64,000 nucleotides of DNA from an uncultured Alphaproteobacteria bacterium (lineage in GTDB: Bacteria > Pseudomonadota > Alphaproteobacteria > GCA-002720895): NCBI GenBank assembly GCA_902607475.1, contig CACLKH010000001.1, positions 17,094 through 81,093 of the forward strand, written 5' to 3'. Below the pieces are notes generated by a model, which searched no databases, had not been told where the DNA came from, and was given only the letters and a program-made list of their open reading frames with translations. This document shows, piece by piece, positions 18,331-28,412 of the stretch (position 1 is its first letter; each line of letters begins with the position of its first letter). A program made the translations under genes and the position numbers.

Positions 18331-19071
18331 TTATGTAATATTAGATTTTATTAGATTTTGCATTAAATTTTGTATATTTTTATAATTATTTAAGTGATTA
18401 CATAAAATAAATTTCTTTTGATTTTTTTTATTTTTTTCTTTAACAACTGATATTAAATTTTCTAATAGTTTTCCTCTAAATAAAAAAATAGGCAAAATAA
18501 TATATTTATAATTTAAATTTAAGTCTAACAATTCTTGTTTTAAATCTTCTTTATTTAAAGTAATGAGTATTTTTTTATAAAAATTAAATTTATTTTTTTT
18601 TGCAATTTTCTTTGCTAAGAAATTAATTTCAGATATTGCTTTAAAATTTATTGTATAGCTAGCTACAATAATTAAACCATAATCTTTTTTTTTATTTAAT
18701 AATCTTAAAATTTTAAATATATTATTTTGAATCATATTAAAAAAATTTTTTGCTTTTGACAAAGGAGGTATAAATTTTATTTTTGGAATATTTTTATACC
18801 TTTTTTTAAAATTTTTTACAATTTTAGGAATATCTTTAGTAACATGATTTCCTGAAAAAATCATAGCTGGGATTATCAATAAATTGTCAAATTTTCTTTT
18901 AAAAAAAAAATCTAACTGCTTTTTAATTGTTGGTTTTCTAATCTCTAGATATCCAATTTTAATTGTGTATTTTTTATTTTCTTTTTTAAAAGTTTTTAGT
19001 AATTTATTTGTATCTTTTACTCCTTCATTACTTTTTGTTCCATGAAAACAAAGTAAAATTCCTTCTTTCAT
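18331..19071 (-). CDS. CbiX/SirB-like sirohydrochlorin chelatase
   Basis: 246 aa, two-lobe CbiX architecture. The N-lobe keeps the His motifs (LLCFHGTKS; IIPAMIFSGNHVTKDIP). The C-lobe is degenerate, as in SirB. The start overlaps the MAPEG stop (ATGA). Confidence 0.7.
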   Translation of the reverse strand: MKEGILLCFHGTKSNEGVKDTNKLLKTFKKENKKYTIKIGYLEIRKPTIKKQLDFFFKRKFDNLLIIPAMIFSGNHVTKDIPKIVKNFKKRYKNIPKIKFIPPLSKAKNFFNMIQNNIFKILRLLNKKKDYGLIIVASYTINFKAISEINFLAKKIAKKNKFNFYKKILITLNKEDLKQELLDLNLNYKYIILPIFLFRGKLLENLISVVKEKNKKNQKKFILCNHLNNYKNIQNLMQNLIKSNIT

Positions 19072-19478
19072 ACAAAAAATATTTTATAAAGAACTAAAAC
19101 TAAAAGTAAAATACCATTTAGTTGAAGAGAGACAAAAGTTATTATCATCCCAGTTTTACGGTGCATAATTTTTTTTTCATACAAACTTAATGCATGTAAA
19201 ATTCTTCCAATAATAAATAATGAACCCACTATATTGATATATAAAAAATAATATGGGATATTTTCAAAGGCAAGCCACTCAATGCCAATTAATGATAACA
19301 AAAAAATCGGAGTATATTCTATAAAATTGGCTTGAGCTCTTATTCTTCTCATTAATGTTCTGTCACCATCATCTCCTAATGATACTTTACTTTGTCTTCT
19401 TAATTTTATGACGTTAATTGATAATTTACTTAAAATTAGACAAGATAAAGCAATATATATGAATGAATAATAAATCAT
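19068..19478 (-). CDS. MAPEG-family membrane protein
   Basis: 136 aa with about four TM helices. The RRIRAQANFIEYTPIF motif (RxxRAxxNxxE) is characteristic of MAPEG. Confidence 0.65.
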   Translation of the reverse strand: MIYYSFIYIALSCLILSKLSINVIKLRRQSKVSLGDDGDRTLMRRIRAQANFIEYTPIFLLSLIGIEWLAFENIPYYFLYINIVGSLFIIGRILHALSLYEKKIMHRKTGMIITFVSLQLNGILLLVLVLYKIFFV

Positions 19479-19496
19479 GATTTAGACCACCATCTT

Positions 19497-20225
19497 TTAA
19501 AGTTTAGTATTTTTTTTTGCAATATTTTGTAATTCAGGATTTAATCCTGGTAATATCTTTTTTATAACTTTAGATCTAAAATGTTCTCCATGAAAACCAA
19601 ACACAGAATTGATATTCTGTCCATATAAATTTCCAGGATCTTCCATAGAAAAACTTGCAGCAATTGTTGGTGGTGCAAAATTAATTCCTTTTTTTATCAT
19701 CTCTTTATATAAATAATGACAAATAACTATATCTTCAGCTTGCACAGGAAATGTAAGTTTATCAAAATCAATTTCAGAAGTTACTTTTACTAACTTATTA
19801 CTCCTTAAAGAAAAGCCTCCATTACCAACCCTATTTTCATTTAATGATAAAGAATAATTTTCAGGACTAACTATAACCCTATCAGGCCAAGGAGCACCTA
19901 TATAATCATAATTTAAGAACTCATTTTTCCAAAAATTTGGATCAATAACAAATCCATCTGCTTGAATTATTAAACAAAACTTTGTTGTAAAATATTTGTA
20001 TAAATCTTTAATCATGAATCTGCTATATCCTAAATAATCAATTTTAGGAATTGTCACATATTCAATATTAGAAATTTTGTGATTTGGAGGAGTAGGAGAT
20101 AAAAGTTTAATTGAAGAAAATTCAATATTTTCTGATGATATTGACAATGCAAGTTGAGTTTGATCTATATTTACAGAAGTTATAGCTATAAGTGTTATAT
20201 CTGGAAGCGCTACTTTTTTATTCAT
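19497..20225 (-). CDS. DUF5672-like protein (putative glycosyltransferase-related)
   Basis: 242 aa. IIQADGF ... YDYIGAPW ... GNGGFSLRS pattern recalled from DUF5672. Overlaps the upstream GT41 gene by 8 nt. Confidence 0.55.
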   Translation of the reverse strand: MNKKVALPDITLIAITSVNIDQTQLALSISSENIEFSSIKLLSPTPPNHKISNIEYVTIPKIDYLGYSRFMIKDLYKYFTTKFCLIIQADGFVIDPNFWKNEFLNYDYIGAPWPDRVIVSPENYSLSLNENRVGNGGFSLRSNKLVKVTSEIDFDKLTFPVQAEDIVICHYLYKEMIKKGINFAPPTIAASFSMEDPGNLYGQNINSVFGFHGEHFRSKVIKKILPGLNPELQNIAKKNTKL

Positions 20226-22191
20226 TTATTATTTGTTCTATTGAGGACTCAAAATTTTTATAAAAATCCATATCGTTATTAATATAAGAGTTTTTAATTT
20301 GCTCTCTTAAATTATTTCTTAGTTTAGATATAATTTTTAAATTTGCTAATTTTTTTAAAGTTTGAATATATTTATTCTTATCCTTAGCAATCCATTCTGA
20401 TAAACCCACAGATTCTAAAACAGATGCACTTTGTCTGCTAATATAGTTTTTTCCAGTTAATGTAAAAACCGGTACTCCCATACAAATTGCTCCATATGTA
20501 GTTGTTGCACCAGAATAAGGAAAAGTATCCAAAGCTATGTCTATATTATTATAGCATTGAAGGAAATGTTCTTCGTTATCTTGTTTAATGAAAATTATTC
20601 TTTTATGATTAATTTTTTTTTTTTCAAAAAAATCGCAGATTCTGTTTTGAATTTTTTGATTATTTAAAAAATTAAAATATTTAAGATAAAGTTTAGAATC
20701 TTTAAAATTATTTAAAACTTTCTGCCATAAATTTAAAGACTCTAATGAAATTTTTGCCGGGTTATTAAAGCTACTAAAAGATATAAAATTATTCTTTTTC
20801 ATAGGAGATTCTTTTATTCTTGGTAAAAGTTTATTTTCAACTTTAGAAAAATTAAAAAGACTTTTAATTCTAATCAATTTTTCTGATGTTTTCTCTTTTA
20901 TATCTGGAGGATTTAGATAACTATCTGTTATCCAATAATCTAATTCTTTAATATTTGAGCTAGTAATCGGATGAAGGCTTATCTGCTTTGATGCAGATCT
21001 ATAACTTGCAAGCAAAAAACGATTTTTTTCTGTATAACCTCCTAAAAATATTAAAATATCAATATTATTTGAAATAATTAAATTCGAGGCTTCTATATCA
21101 GTTAATTTGTAAATATTTTTCCAAGAGTTAGAATTATTTTTGTACCATTTTGTAATATTATCTTCAAAATTGTTTGAATAATAACAATAAAATTCAAATT
21201 TTTTTTTGTTTTTATTAATAAACAATGAATGGATAACATTGTTTATAGAATGTGTTCTAAAATCAGCGGATACAAAACCTATCCTTATTTTTTTATTATT
21301 TCGAAATTCTATTTTTGTATTTTTTTTTTCTTTATTTCCAAATTTATTTATGTACTGATCAATTATTTTTGATAATGAGTTTTGATCGTAATCGTTTTTA
21401 TATACTTTTGTTATTAATAAATTTCTATAACTTAAACTTTCTTCTTTATTTTTTAAATTAAAACTTATAATTTTTTTAAAAATATCTTCAGCTTCATCTA
21501 ATCTGGATTGCTTTAAATAACATGATCCAAGTAAATTCATTATTTTTTCATTGTCTTTACTTAATTCCATTGCTTTTATTAGACTTTTTTCCGCCATATC
21601 TACTAATCCAGTTGAAAGTTGCATGTCTGCAAGTTGGGTGAAATTTTTATAATTTTCAGGAAATTTTTTTATAATATTAATAAAAGTATTTATAGCTTCT
21701 TCATAATGATTAAGATCTTTTTGTAAATTACCAACTGCGCTCCAAATATCATTGTTATTTTGATTATTTTCTAGTGCTTTTTGAAAGTATTTAAGGGCTT
21801 TGTTTTTATTTTTTAAATGTATCTTATACAAACGTCCTAAATTATAGCTTGCTTTCCAATTATTTGGATTTTTCTCAATTAATGTTTCTAAAATTTTTTT
21901 TGAAATATCGTATCTTTTTAAATCTTCATTTATATTTGAAGATAAATGATGTGCTTCAGTAAAATCAGGTTTCTTTTTTGTTAATAAATTAAGTATTTCT
22001 AATGCTTTTTCTTTTTCGTTTAATCTATTTTTAATAAAAGCTAAATAATATAACAATATTGGATTATTATTATACGGGTAAGAACTATCAGAGTAATTTT
22101 CGATTTCTATCAACGCACTCTTATAATCTTTTCTTTTTATTAAATTAATTATTTTATTTACAAAATCTTTAATCATTAATTTATTTACCAC
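20218..22191 (-). CDS. TPR-repeat protein fused to an O-GlcNAc-transferase-like (GT41, SPINDLY/COG3914) domain
   Basis: 657 aa. The N-terminal half is TPR repeats. The C-terminal half has RIGFVSADFRTHS and DTFPYSGATTTYGAICMGVPVFTLTG. The track start is GTG at 22191; an ATG (MIKDF) at 22176 is an alternative. Confidence 0.75.
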   Translation of the reverse strand: MVNKLMIKDFVNKIINLIKRKDYKSALIEIENYSDSSYPYNNNPILLYYLAFIKNRLNEKEKALEILNLLTKKKPDFTEAHHLSSNINEDLKRYDISKKILETLIEKNPNNWKASYNLGRLYKIHLKNKNKALKYFQKALENNQNNNDIWSAVGNLQKDLNHYEEAINTFINIIKKFPENYKNFTQLADMQLSTGLVDMAEKSLIKAMELSKDNEKIMNLLGSCYLKQSRLDEAEDIFKKIISFNLKNKEESLSYRNLLITKVYKNDYDQNSLSKIIDQYINKFGNKEKKNTKIEFRNNKKIRIGFVSADFRTHSINNVIHSLFINKNKKKFEFYCYYSNNFEDNITKWYKNNSNSWKNIYKLTDIEASNLIISNNIDILIFLGGYTEKNRFLLASYRSASKQISLHPITSSNIKELDYWITDSYLNPPDIKEKTSEKLIRIKSLFNFSKVENKLLPRIKESPMKKNNFISFSSFNNPAKISLESLNLWQKVLNNFKDSKLYLKYFNFLNNQKIQNRICDFFEKKKINHKRIIFIKQDNEEHFLQCYNNIDIALDTFPYSGATTTYGAICMGVPVFTLTGKNYISRQSASVLESVGLSEWIAKDKNKYIQTLKKLANLKIISKLRNNLREQIKNSYINNDMDFYKNFESSIEQIINE

Positions 22192-22299
22192 CTCTAAATG
22201 ATAAAATTAAAATAAGCAAAAGTATCAGGTAAACTAAATTAACATATTCATATTGCGTTAATTCATAGTTCATTTTTTTTAATTAGACCCATATCATTG

Positions 22300-22392
22300 T
22301 GGCGGTGAGAGAGGGATTCGAACCCTCGATACGACACAAGGACGTATAACGAGTTAGCAACCCGCCGCTTTCAGCCACTCAGCCATCTCACC
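22300..22392 (-). tRNA. tRNA-Ser (anticodon GCU)
   Basis: 93-nt class II cloverleaf on the minus strand: GGTGAGA ... GCGGG-TTGCTAA-CTCGT, long variable arm (ATACGTCCTTGTGTCGTAT), GAGGG-TTCGAAT-CCCTC, TCTCACC-G-CCA. The acceptor stem is perfect and CCA is encoded. Confidence 0.93.
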
Positions 22393-22425
22393 TTTTTTAT
22401 ATAGTTTAATTAAGATATTATTGAT

Positions 22426-23874
22426 TTAATTTGCAAGTTTTTTTTTTAAAATCTCATTAACAATACCAGGATTAGCGGTTCCTTTTGTTTCTTGCATTAC
22501 TTGTCCAACAAAATAACCAAATAATTTTTCTTTTCCTGATTTATACTCTTCAACCTTATCTTTATTATTATTTAAAACTTTATCAATAATATTCTCAATC
22601 TCATCAGTACTTGTTATTTGTTTTAAACCTTTTTTCTCAATTATATCTTTTGCTTTCTTTTTTGTTTTAAACATTTCTTCAAAAACATTTTTTGCAATTT
22701 TTCCAGATATAGTTGAATCTTCAATTAAATCTATAAGTCCTCCTAAATCTTCGGCTTTAACTGGAGAATTTTTAATTTCTAAGTTGTTTTTATTTAATAA
22801 TGAAAACAAATCTCCAATTATCCAGTTGGCAATATTTTTTGGATTTCGCTTTTTATTTTCATTAATAATTTTATCAAAAAATTCTACATTATTTTTATCA
22901 GAAACAAGTATTGCGGCTTCATAAGATGAAATTTTATGCTCTTTAATTAATTTTTCTTTTTTTACATCAGGTAATTCTGGTAATTTTTTTTTAATTTGAT
23001 TAATCCAATCATCTTTAATTTCTAGCGGAGGTAAGTCGGGATCTGGAAAATATCTATAATCATGAGCTTCTTCTTTTGTCCTCATAGCCCTTGTTTCACC
23101 TTTTTTTTCATCAAATAATCTTGTTTCTTGATCAATTTTTCCACCTGAATTAATAATTTCTGTTTGTCTTTTAAACTCATAATCTACAGCTTGTCCTATG
23201 GATTTTATAGAATTAACATTTTTAATTTCAGAACGTGTGCCTAGTTCTTCTCCCTTTTTTCTAACAGAAATATTTACATCACAACGCAATGATCCCTCTT
23301 CCATGTTTCCATCACATGTCCCAATATATCGTAGAATTGATCTTAATTTTTTTACATATTCTTGCGCTTCTTCAGCAGATCTAATATCAGGTTCTGAAAC
23401 TATTTCCATTAAAGCAACGCCGGATCTATTAAGATCAATATAACTTTTATTTGGTTCGAGATCGTGAATACTTTTTCCAGCATCTTGTTCTAAATGTAAT
23501 CTGGTAATCCCAATTTTTTTTGAACTTCCATCTTTTAAATCAATTTCAATTGATCCTTCGCCAATAATTGGTTGGGTGAATTGTGAAATTTGATATCCTT
23601 GTGGCAAATCGGGATAAAAATAATTTTTTCTATCAAAAACAGATCGTTTATTTATTTGTGCATTTAAACCTAATCCAGTTTTAATTGCTTGTTCAACACA
23701 ATCTTTATTAATAACTGGTAACATTCCAGGCATAGCTGCATCTACTAAAGAAACTTGTGTATTTGGTTCAGAACCAAAATTAGTTGATGCTCCTGAAAAA
23801 AGTTTTGATTTAGAAATAATTTGAGCATGAATTTCTAAACCAATTACTGTCTCCCAATCTTTTAAATTTTGCAT
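22426..23874 (-). CDS. gatB: Asp-tRNA(Asn)/Glu-tRNA(Gln) amidotransferase subunit B
   Basis: 482 aa. Full-length GatB pattern ([28 protein letters not shown]-terminal YqeY-like tail). Confidence 0.95.
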   Translation of the reverse strand: MQNLKDWETVIGLEIHAQIISKSKLFSGASTNFGSEPNTQVSLVDAAMPGMLPVINKDCVEQAIKTGLGLNAQINKRSVFDRKNYFYPDLPQGYQISQFTQPIIGEGSIEIDLKDGSSKKIGITRLHLEQDAGKSIHDLEPNKSYIDLNRSGVALMEIVSEPDIRSAEEAQEYVKKLRSILRYIGTCDGNMEEGSLRCDVNISVRKKGEELGTRSEIKNVNSIKSIGQAVDYEFKRQTEIINSGGKIDQETRLFDEKKGETRAMRTKEEAHDYRYFPDPDLPPLEIKDDWINQIKKKLPELPDVKKEKLIKEHKISSYEAAILVSDKNNVEFFDKIINENKKRNPKNIANWIIGDLFSLLNKNNLEIKNSPVKAEDLGGLIDLIEDSTISGKIAKNVFEEMFKTKKKAKDIIEKKGLKQITSTDEIENIIDKVLNNNKDKVEEYKSGKEKLFGYFVGQVMQETKGTANPGIVNEILKKKLAN

Positions 23875-23876
23875 TA

Positions 23877-25328
23877 TTAACCAACCTCCTTTTTAAAATT
23901 AGCATTTTCTTCAATAATTTTCGCTGCTGAAAGAACACTATCTTCATCAAAACTTTTCCCAATTATTTGAAAACCCAAAGGTAAATCGTTGCTTGATAAA
24001 CCCATTGGGATAGATATTGCAGGAAGACCAGCTAAACTTACCGGTACTGTAAAAACATCATTTAAATACATTTGAATTGGATCATCTATTTTTGATCCTT
24101 CTTCAAAAGCATCTGATGGTGCAGTTGGGGTAAAAATTATATCAACTTTTTCAAATGCTTTTTTAAAATCATTTATAATTTTCGATCTTACTTTTTGAGC
24201 TTTTAAATAATAAGCATCATAATAACCAGCTGAAAGAACGTAAGTGCCAATCATAATTCTTCTTTTTACTTCTTCTCCAAAACCATCAGAACGTGTTTGT
24301 TCATAGAGATCGTTAATATTTTCTGAATTATTTCTTAGCCCATATCTTATACCGTCGTATCTGGCTAAATTACTTGATGCTTCAGCAGATGAAATAATAT
24401 AGTAAGTTGCTAATGCGTATTCTGTATGTGGTAAATCAATTTCTACTATTTCACAATTATTTTTCTTAAAATATTCTATTCCTAAATCCCACAATTTAAT
24501 AATTTCATCATTTAATTGATCATTTTTATATTGTTTCGGAATTCCAATTCTTAATTTTTTGTTATTTTTTAAATTTTTATAAAAATTTGTTTTCTCTAAA
24601 TTTGCTGATGTCGAATCTTTTTTGTCATATCCGGCCATGACATCTAACATCAACGCTGCATCATTAACAGTTTTAGTCATTGGTCCTGCTTGATCTAATG
24701 ATGAAGCAAAAGAAACTATTCCCCATCTAGAGCATCTACCATATGTGGGTTTTAACCCAACAATTCCACAGTAAGATGCTGGTTGTCTAATTGAACCGCC
24801 AGTATCGGTACCTGTGGCAGCAATTGCAATATTTCCTGACACTGCAGCAGCTGATCCTCCTGATGAGCCGCCTGGCACATATTTTTTATTGTCTTTTGAC
24901 CAAGGATTAATTGATGCACCAAAAAAACTTGTTTCATTTGAAGAGCCCATAGCAAATTCATCTAGATTTGTTTTTCCTAAAAGAATTGCTCCAGCATCCC
25001 AAAGATTTTGTGTAACAGTTGACTCGTAGGTAGGTTTAAAATCGTTTAACATCTTAGAAGCAGCTGTGGTTGAAATATCTTTAGTGCAGAATAAATCTTT
25101 TATTGCAATTGGTATACCTTCTAATGGCCTTGAAGTATTAGTTGAAATTCTTTTATCAGATTCTTCTGCTGATTTAATGGCGTTATCAGAATTTAGTGAA
25201 ATATATGCGTTTAGATCTTTATTTGCTTCAGCTTCTTTAAGATAAAAAGCGGTTAATTCTTTCGAGCTTATTTTTTTTTTCTTAAGAAGTTTTAAACATT
25301 CTTCTAAACTTATATTTTTTAAATCCAT
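23877..25328 (-). CDS. gatA: Asp-tRNA(Asn)/Glu-tRNA(Gln) amidotransferase subunit A
   Basis: 483 aa. Amidase signature [11 protein letters not shown] ... [12 protein letters not shown]. Confidence 0.95.
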   Translation of the reverse strand: MDLKNISLEECLKLLKKKKISSKELTAFYLKEAEANKDLNAYISLNSDNAIKSAEESDKRISTNTSRPLEGIPIAIKDLFCTKDISTTAASKMLNDFKPTYESTVTQNLWDAGAILLGKTNLDEFAMGSSNETSFFGASINPWSKDNKKYVPGGSSGGSAAAVSGNIAIAATGTDTGGSIRQPASYCGIVGLKPTYGRCSRWGIVSFASSLDQAGPMTKTVNDAALMLDVMAGYDKKDSTSANLEKTNFYKNLKNNKKLRIGIPKQYKNDQLNDEIIKLWDLGIEYFKKNNCEIVEIDLPHTEYALATYYIISSAEASSNLARYDGIRYGLRNNSENINDLYEQTRSDGFGEEVKRRIMIGTYVLSAGYYDAYYLKAQKVRSKIINDFKKAFEKVDIIFTPTAPSDAFEEGSKIDDPIQMYLNDVFTVPVSLAGLPAISIPMGLSSNDLPLGFQIIGKSFDEDSVLSAAKIIEENANFKKEVG

Positions 25329-25334
25329 AAACTT

Positions 25335-25622
25335 TTATTCCACAACTTTAGGTACAACAAAATAACCAGCTTTTTTTTCTGGTGCATTTTTTAAAATTTT
25401 ATCCTCTATTTTTCCATCATTAATTTCATCTTCACGAAATGGGATTTTTATATCACTAGGGTTTGCAACTGGTGTAACATCTTTAGTATCCACTTCATTT
25501 AGTTTCTCAACCCAAGTAATTATTTTTGAGAGATCTTTTGAAATTCTTTCAACCTCTGTTTCTTCAATCTTTACTTTTGACAAAGTTGCTATTTTTTTTA
25601 CTAATTTTTTATCTATATCCAT
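25335..25622 (-). CDS. gatC: Asp-tRNA(Asn)/Glu-tRNA(Gln) amidotransferase subunit C
   Basis: 95 aa, placed directly upstream of gatA-gatB. Typical GatC length and pattern. Confidence 0.9.
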   Translation of the reverse strand: MDIDKKLVKKIATLSKVKIEETEVERISKDLSKIITWVEKLNEVDTKDVTPVANPSDIKIPFREDEINDGKIEDKILKNAPEKKAGYFVVPKVVE

Positions 25623-25656
25623 AGATTATAATTATATTAGTTATTTTATATTTCAA

Positions 25657-26118
25657 ATGACAATAATAAACAAAGAAGATTTTAAAATAAAAAAAAAGTT
25701 AAATAGGCCAATTTTATCTCTTGATTACGGAGAAAAAAGAATTGGAATTGCAATTTCTGATAATGAATGCTCCATTGCTCTTCCTAGTGAAGTATTAAAA
25801 AAAAATAAAACTGATAAAGATTTCTTATACATTAAAGAATTTATTGAAAAAAATAATATCCAAGCTGTTTTAATAGGAATGCCTTATAACATGGATGGTT
25901 CCGAAGGTGAAAAATGTAAAATAGTTAAAAGCTTTAGTAAAAAATTATTAGAATTCATTAATATTAGTATAATTTATTGGGACGAAAGATTGTCAACATT
26001 AGCTCAAGAAAAGATTCTTATTAGTAAAGACCTTAGTAGAAAAAAGAGAAAAAAAGTAATTGATAAGCTTGCAGCTGCCTATTTCTTACAGTCCTTTCTA
26101 GATTTTCTAAAAAATTAA
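25657..26118 (+). CDS. ruvX: Holliday-junction-resolvase-like nuclease YqgF/RuvX
   Basis: 153 aa. N-terminal LSLDYGEKRIGIA and WDERLST motifs. Confidence 0.85.
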   Translation: MTIINKEDFKIKKKLNRPILSLDYGEKRIGIAISDNECSIALPSEVLKKNKTDKDFLYIKEFIEKNNIQAVLIGMPYNMDGSEGEKCKIVKSFSKKLLEFINISIIYWDERLSTLAQEKILISKDLSRKKRKKVIDKLAAAYFLQSFLDFLKN

Positions 26119-26175
26119 AAAAAAATGAAAAACTTACTTGAACATTTCCAAAATTAGGTCCATATTAAACTTTTA

Positions 26176-27129
26176 ATGAAGCCATTAAAAGATAGTAAGC
26201 GTACCTTACTAAAACCTCACCTACTTAGTGTTGAAGAATTATCTATTCCTGAAATTGATATTTTATTAAATAAAGCTAATTTTTATGCAGACGCAAATAG
26301 GCAAAAAGGTAAAATAGAAAAAACATTAAAAGGATCAACTGTAATTACATTATTCTTTGAAACCTCTACAAGAACAAAAACATCGTTTGAACTAGCTGCA
26401 AAAAGATTAGGTGCAGATAGCATAGGTATTAATGCATCTACAAGTGCAATAAAAAAAGGTGAGACATTAATTGATACTGCAATGACATTGAATGCGATGC
26501 ATGCAGATATTCTTATAGTAAGACATCCAGATAGTGGTGCAGTAAAATTATTATCTGAAAAAGTTAATTGTGCAGTAATAAATGCTGGGGATGGTACACA
26601 TGAACATCCAACTCAAGCTTTACTTGATGCATTAACTATAAAAAGAAATAAAAAAAATATTAAAGGACTTAACATTGCGATATGTGGAGATGTTTTGCAC
26701 AGCAGAGTAGCAAGATCTAATATTTTACTTCTCTCAAAATTAGGTGCCAGAATAAGAATTATTGCCCCACCAACTTTAATCCCAAAAGGTATAGAAAATT
26801 TAGGCGTTGAAATATTTAATAACATGGAAAAAGGTTTAATAAATTGCGATATCGTAATGATGCTAAGGCTTCAAACAGAAAGAATGAAGGGGTTGTATGT
26901 ACCATCAACAAGAGAATATTTTAAATTCTACGGTTTAGATCATAAAAAATTAAAAAATGCAAAAAAAGATGCGTTAATTATGCATCCAGGACCTATGAAT
27001 AGAGGGATAGAAATTGACAGTTCTCTAGCTGATAATTTAGATAGAAGTGTAATACACCAACAAGTAGAAATTGGTGTTGCTGTAAGAATGGCATGTTTAG
27101 AAATGTTAACTGTGGGTATAGATAAATGA
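26176..27129 (+). CDS. pyrB: aspartate carbamoyltransferase catalytic subunit
   Basis: 317 aa. [13 protein letters not shown] and HPGP motifs. Confidence 0.95.
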   Translation: MKPLKDSKRTLLKPHLLSVEELSIPEIDILLNKANFYADANRQKGKIEKTLKGSTVITLFFETSTRTKTSFELAAKRLGADSIGINASTSAIKKGETLIDTAMTLNAMHADILIVRHPDSGAVKLLSEKVNCAVINAGDGTHEHPTQALLDALTIKRNKKNIKGLNIAICGDVLHSRVARSNILLLSKLGARIRIIAPPTLIPKGIENLGVEIFNNMEKGLINCDIVMMLRLQTERMKGLYVPSTREYFKFYGLDHKKLKNAKKDALIMHPGPMNRGIEIDSSLADNLDRSVIHQQVEIGVAVRMACLEMLTVGIDK

Positions 27130-28412
27130 AAGATGCATATATAAATGCAAAAATATTAGATCCAGAAAAAAATAAAGAATTTATTGGTGATATTATTGTA
27201 GAAAAAGACAAGATTATTGATGTTGGTCCTAATGTTTATAAAAAAGATAAACCGAAAAGTTATACAAATGTTCACGATTGTAAGAATTTGTTTATAAGCC
27301 CAGGACTCTTAGACATGAGAGTTTCGTTAAGAGAGCCTGGATCAGAACATAAAGAAAGTATTAAAAGCGGTTGTAAAGCTGCGTTCGCTGGCGGCATTAC
27401 AACTGTTGTTTGTCTCCCAAATACGGATCCTGTAATAGATAATGTATCAGTAGCAGAGTATATCCAAAAAAGAGCAAAGGAAGTGTCAAAAATAAATCTT
27501 TATACTTATGGGTCGCTAACAAAAAATTTTGATGGAGAAAATTTATGCGAAATGGGTTTGTTATCAAAAGCTGGAGTTAAAGGGTTTACAGATGCAACAA
27601 AGTCGATTGAGAATTCTGCTGTTTTAAAAAGAGCTTTAGAATATTCAAAAGCATTTGACTCTTTAGTAATTCAATTTCCTGAAGATAAAAATCTTGCAAA
27701 TGATGGTGTGATGAATGAAGGTGAAATATCAACAAGACTTGGCCTTACTGGGATACCTTCTATTGCTGAAGTAATTACCATAGAAAGAGATTTAAGATTG
27801 GTTGAAGCAACAAGTGCAAGATACCATGTGTCTTGTGTTTCTACATCTGAATCAGTTGATGTAATAAGAAATGCAAAGAAAAAAGGATTAAAAGTTACCT
27901 GTGATACATCCCCTCAATATTTTACATTAAATGAAATGGCAATAGAAGATTATAGAACTTTTGTAAAAGTATCCCCTCCTCTTAGATCAGAAAAAGATAG
28001 GTTGGCAATAGTTAATGGTTTAAAAGATGGGACGATCGATGCTATACAAAGTGATCATTCTCCACAAGATGAAGATAATAAAAGATTGCCATTCAACCAT
28101 GCAGAAAAAGGAATTATAGGGTTAGAAACTTTACTTCCTTTAAGTTTGGAGCTTTATCATAACAAATCTTTAAGTTTGATAGATGTAATTAAAAAACTTA
28201 CAAAAAATCCTGCGGATATTTTAAATTTAGAACATGGTACTTTAACAAAAGGATCCAAAGCTGATCTTTTAATTTTTGATCCAAACAAGCCTTTCGTGGT
28301 TGATGTAAAAAAATTCAAAAGCAAATCCAAAAATTCACCATTTGATAAAAAACCTTCTCAAGGAAAAGTCATAAAAACAATTTGTAGCGGTGAAGTTTCC
28401 TATGCTGCCTGA
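27126..28412 (+). CDS. pyrC: dihydroorotase-like protein, probably non-catalytic (PyrC'-type)
   Basis: 428 aa type-I DHOase fold. The metal-ligand positions are substituted: [10 protein letters not shown] instead of DxHVHLREPG, VIQFPED instead of ..HxED, and YHVSCVST instead of .H..HVST. Only SDHSP keeps the Asp-His. Confidence 0.85.
   Translation: MKDAYINAKILDPEKNKEFIGDIIVEKDKIIDVGPNVYKKDKPKSYTNVHDCKNLFISPGLLDMRVSLREPGSEHKESIKSGCKAAFAGGITTVVCLPNTDPVIDNVSVAEYIQKRAKEVSKINLYTYGSLTKNFDGENLCEMGLLSKAGVKGFTDATKSIENSAVLKRALEYSKAFDSLVIQFPEDKNLANDGVMNEGEISTRLGLTGIPSIAEVITIERDLRLVEATSARYHVSCVSTSESVDVIRNAKKKGLKVTCDTSPQYFTLNEMAIEDYRTFVKVSPPLRSEKDRLAIVNGLKDGTIDAIQSDHSPQDEDNKRLPFNHAEKGIIGLETLLPLSLELYHNKSLSLIDVIKKLTKNPADILNLEHGTLTKGSKADLLIFDPNKPFVVDVKKFKSKSKNSPFDKKPSQGKVIKTICSGEVSYAA

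Noticed and set aside
13893-22299. The idea that the sulfur/glycosyltransferase block is a genomic island integrated at the 3' end of tRNA-Ser(GCU).
   Set aside because: The orientation fits, since the tRNA 3' end faces the block. However, I found no integrase or transposase, no direct repeat of the tRNA 3' end near 13.9 kb, and no visible compositional break. It remains untested rather than supported.
26125-26157. A 10-codon uORF (MKNLLEHFQN*) in the 57-nt spacer upstream of pyrB, considered as a possible pyrimidine-attenuation leader peptide.
   Set aside because: No adjacent terminator or antiterminator hairpin or U-tract. It is very short, and an ORF like this is easily produced by chance.
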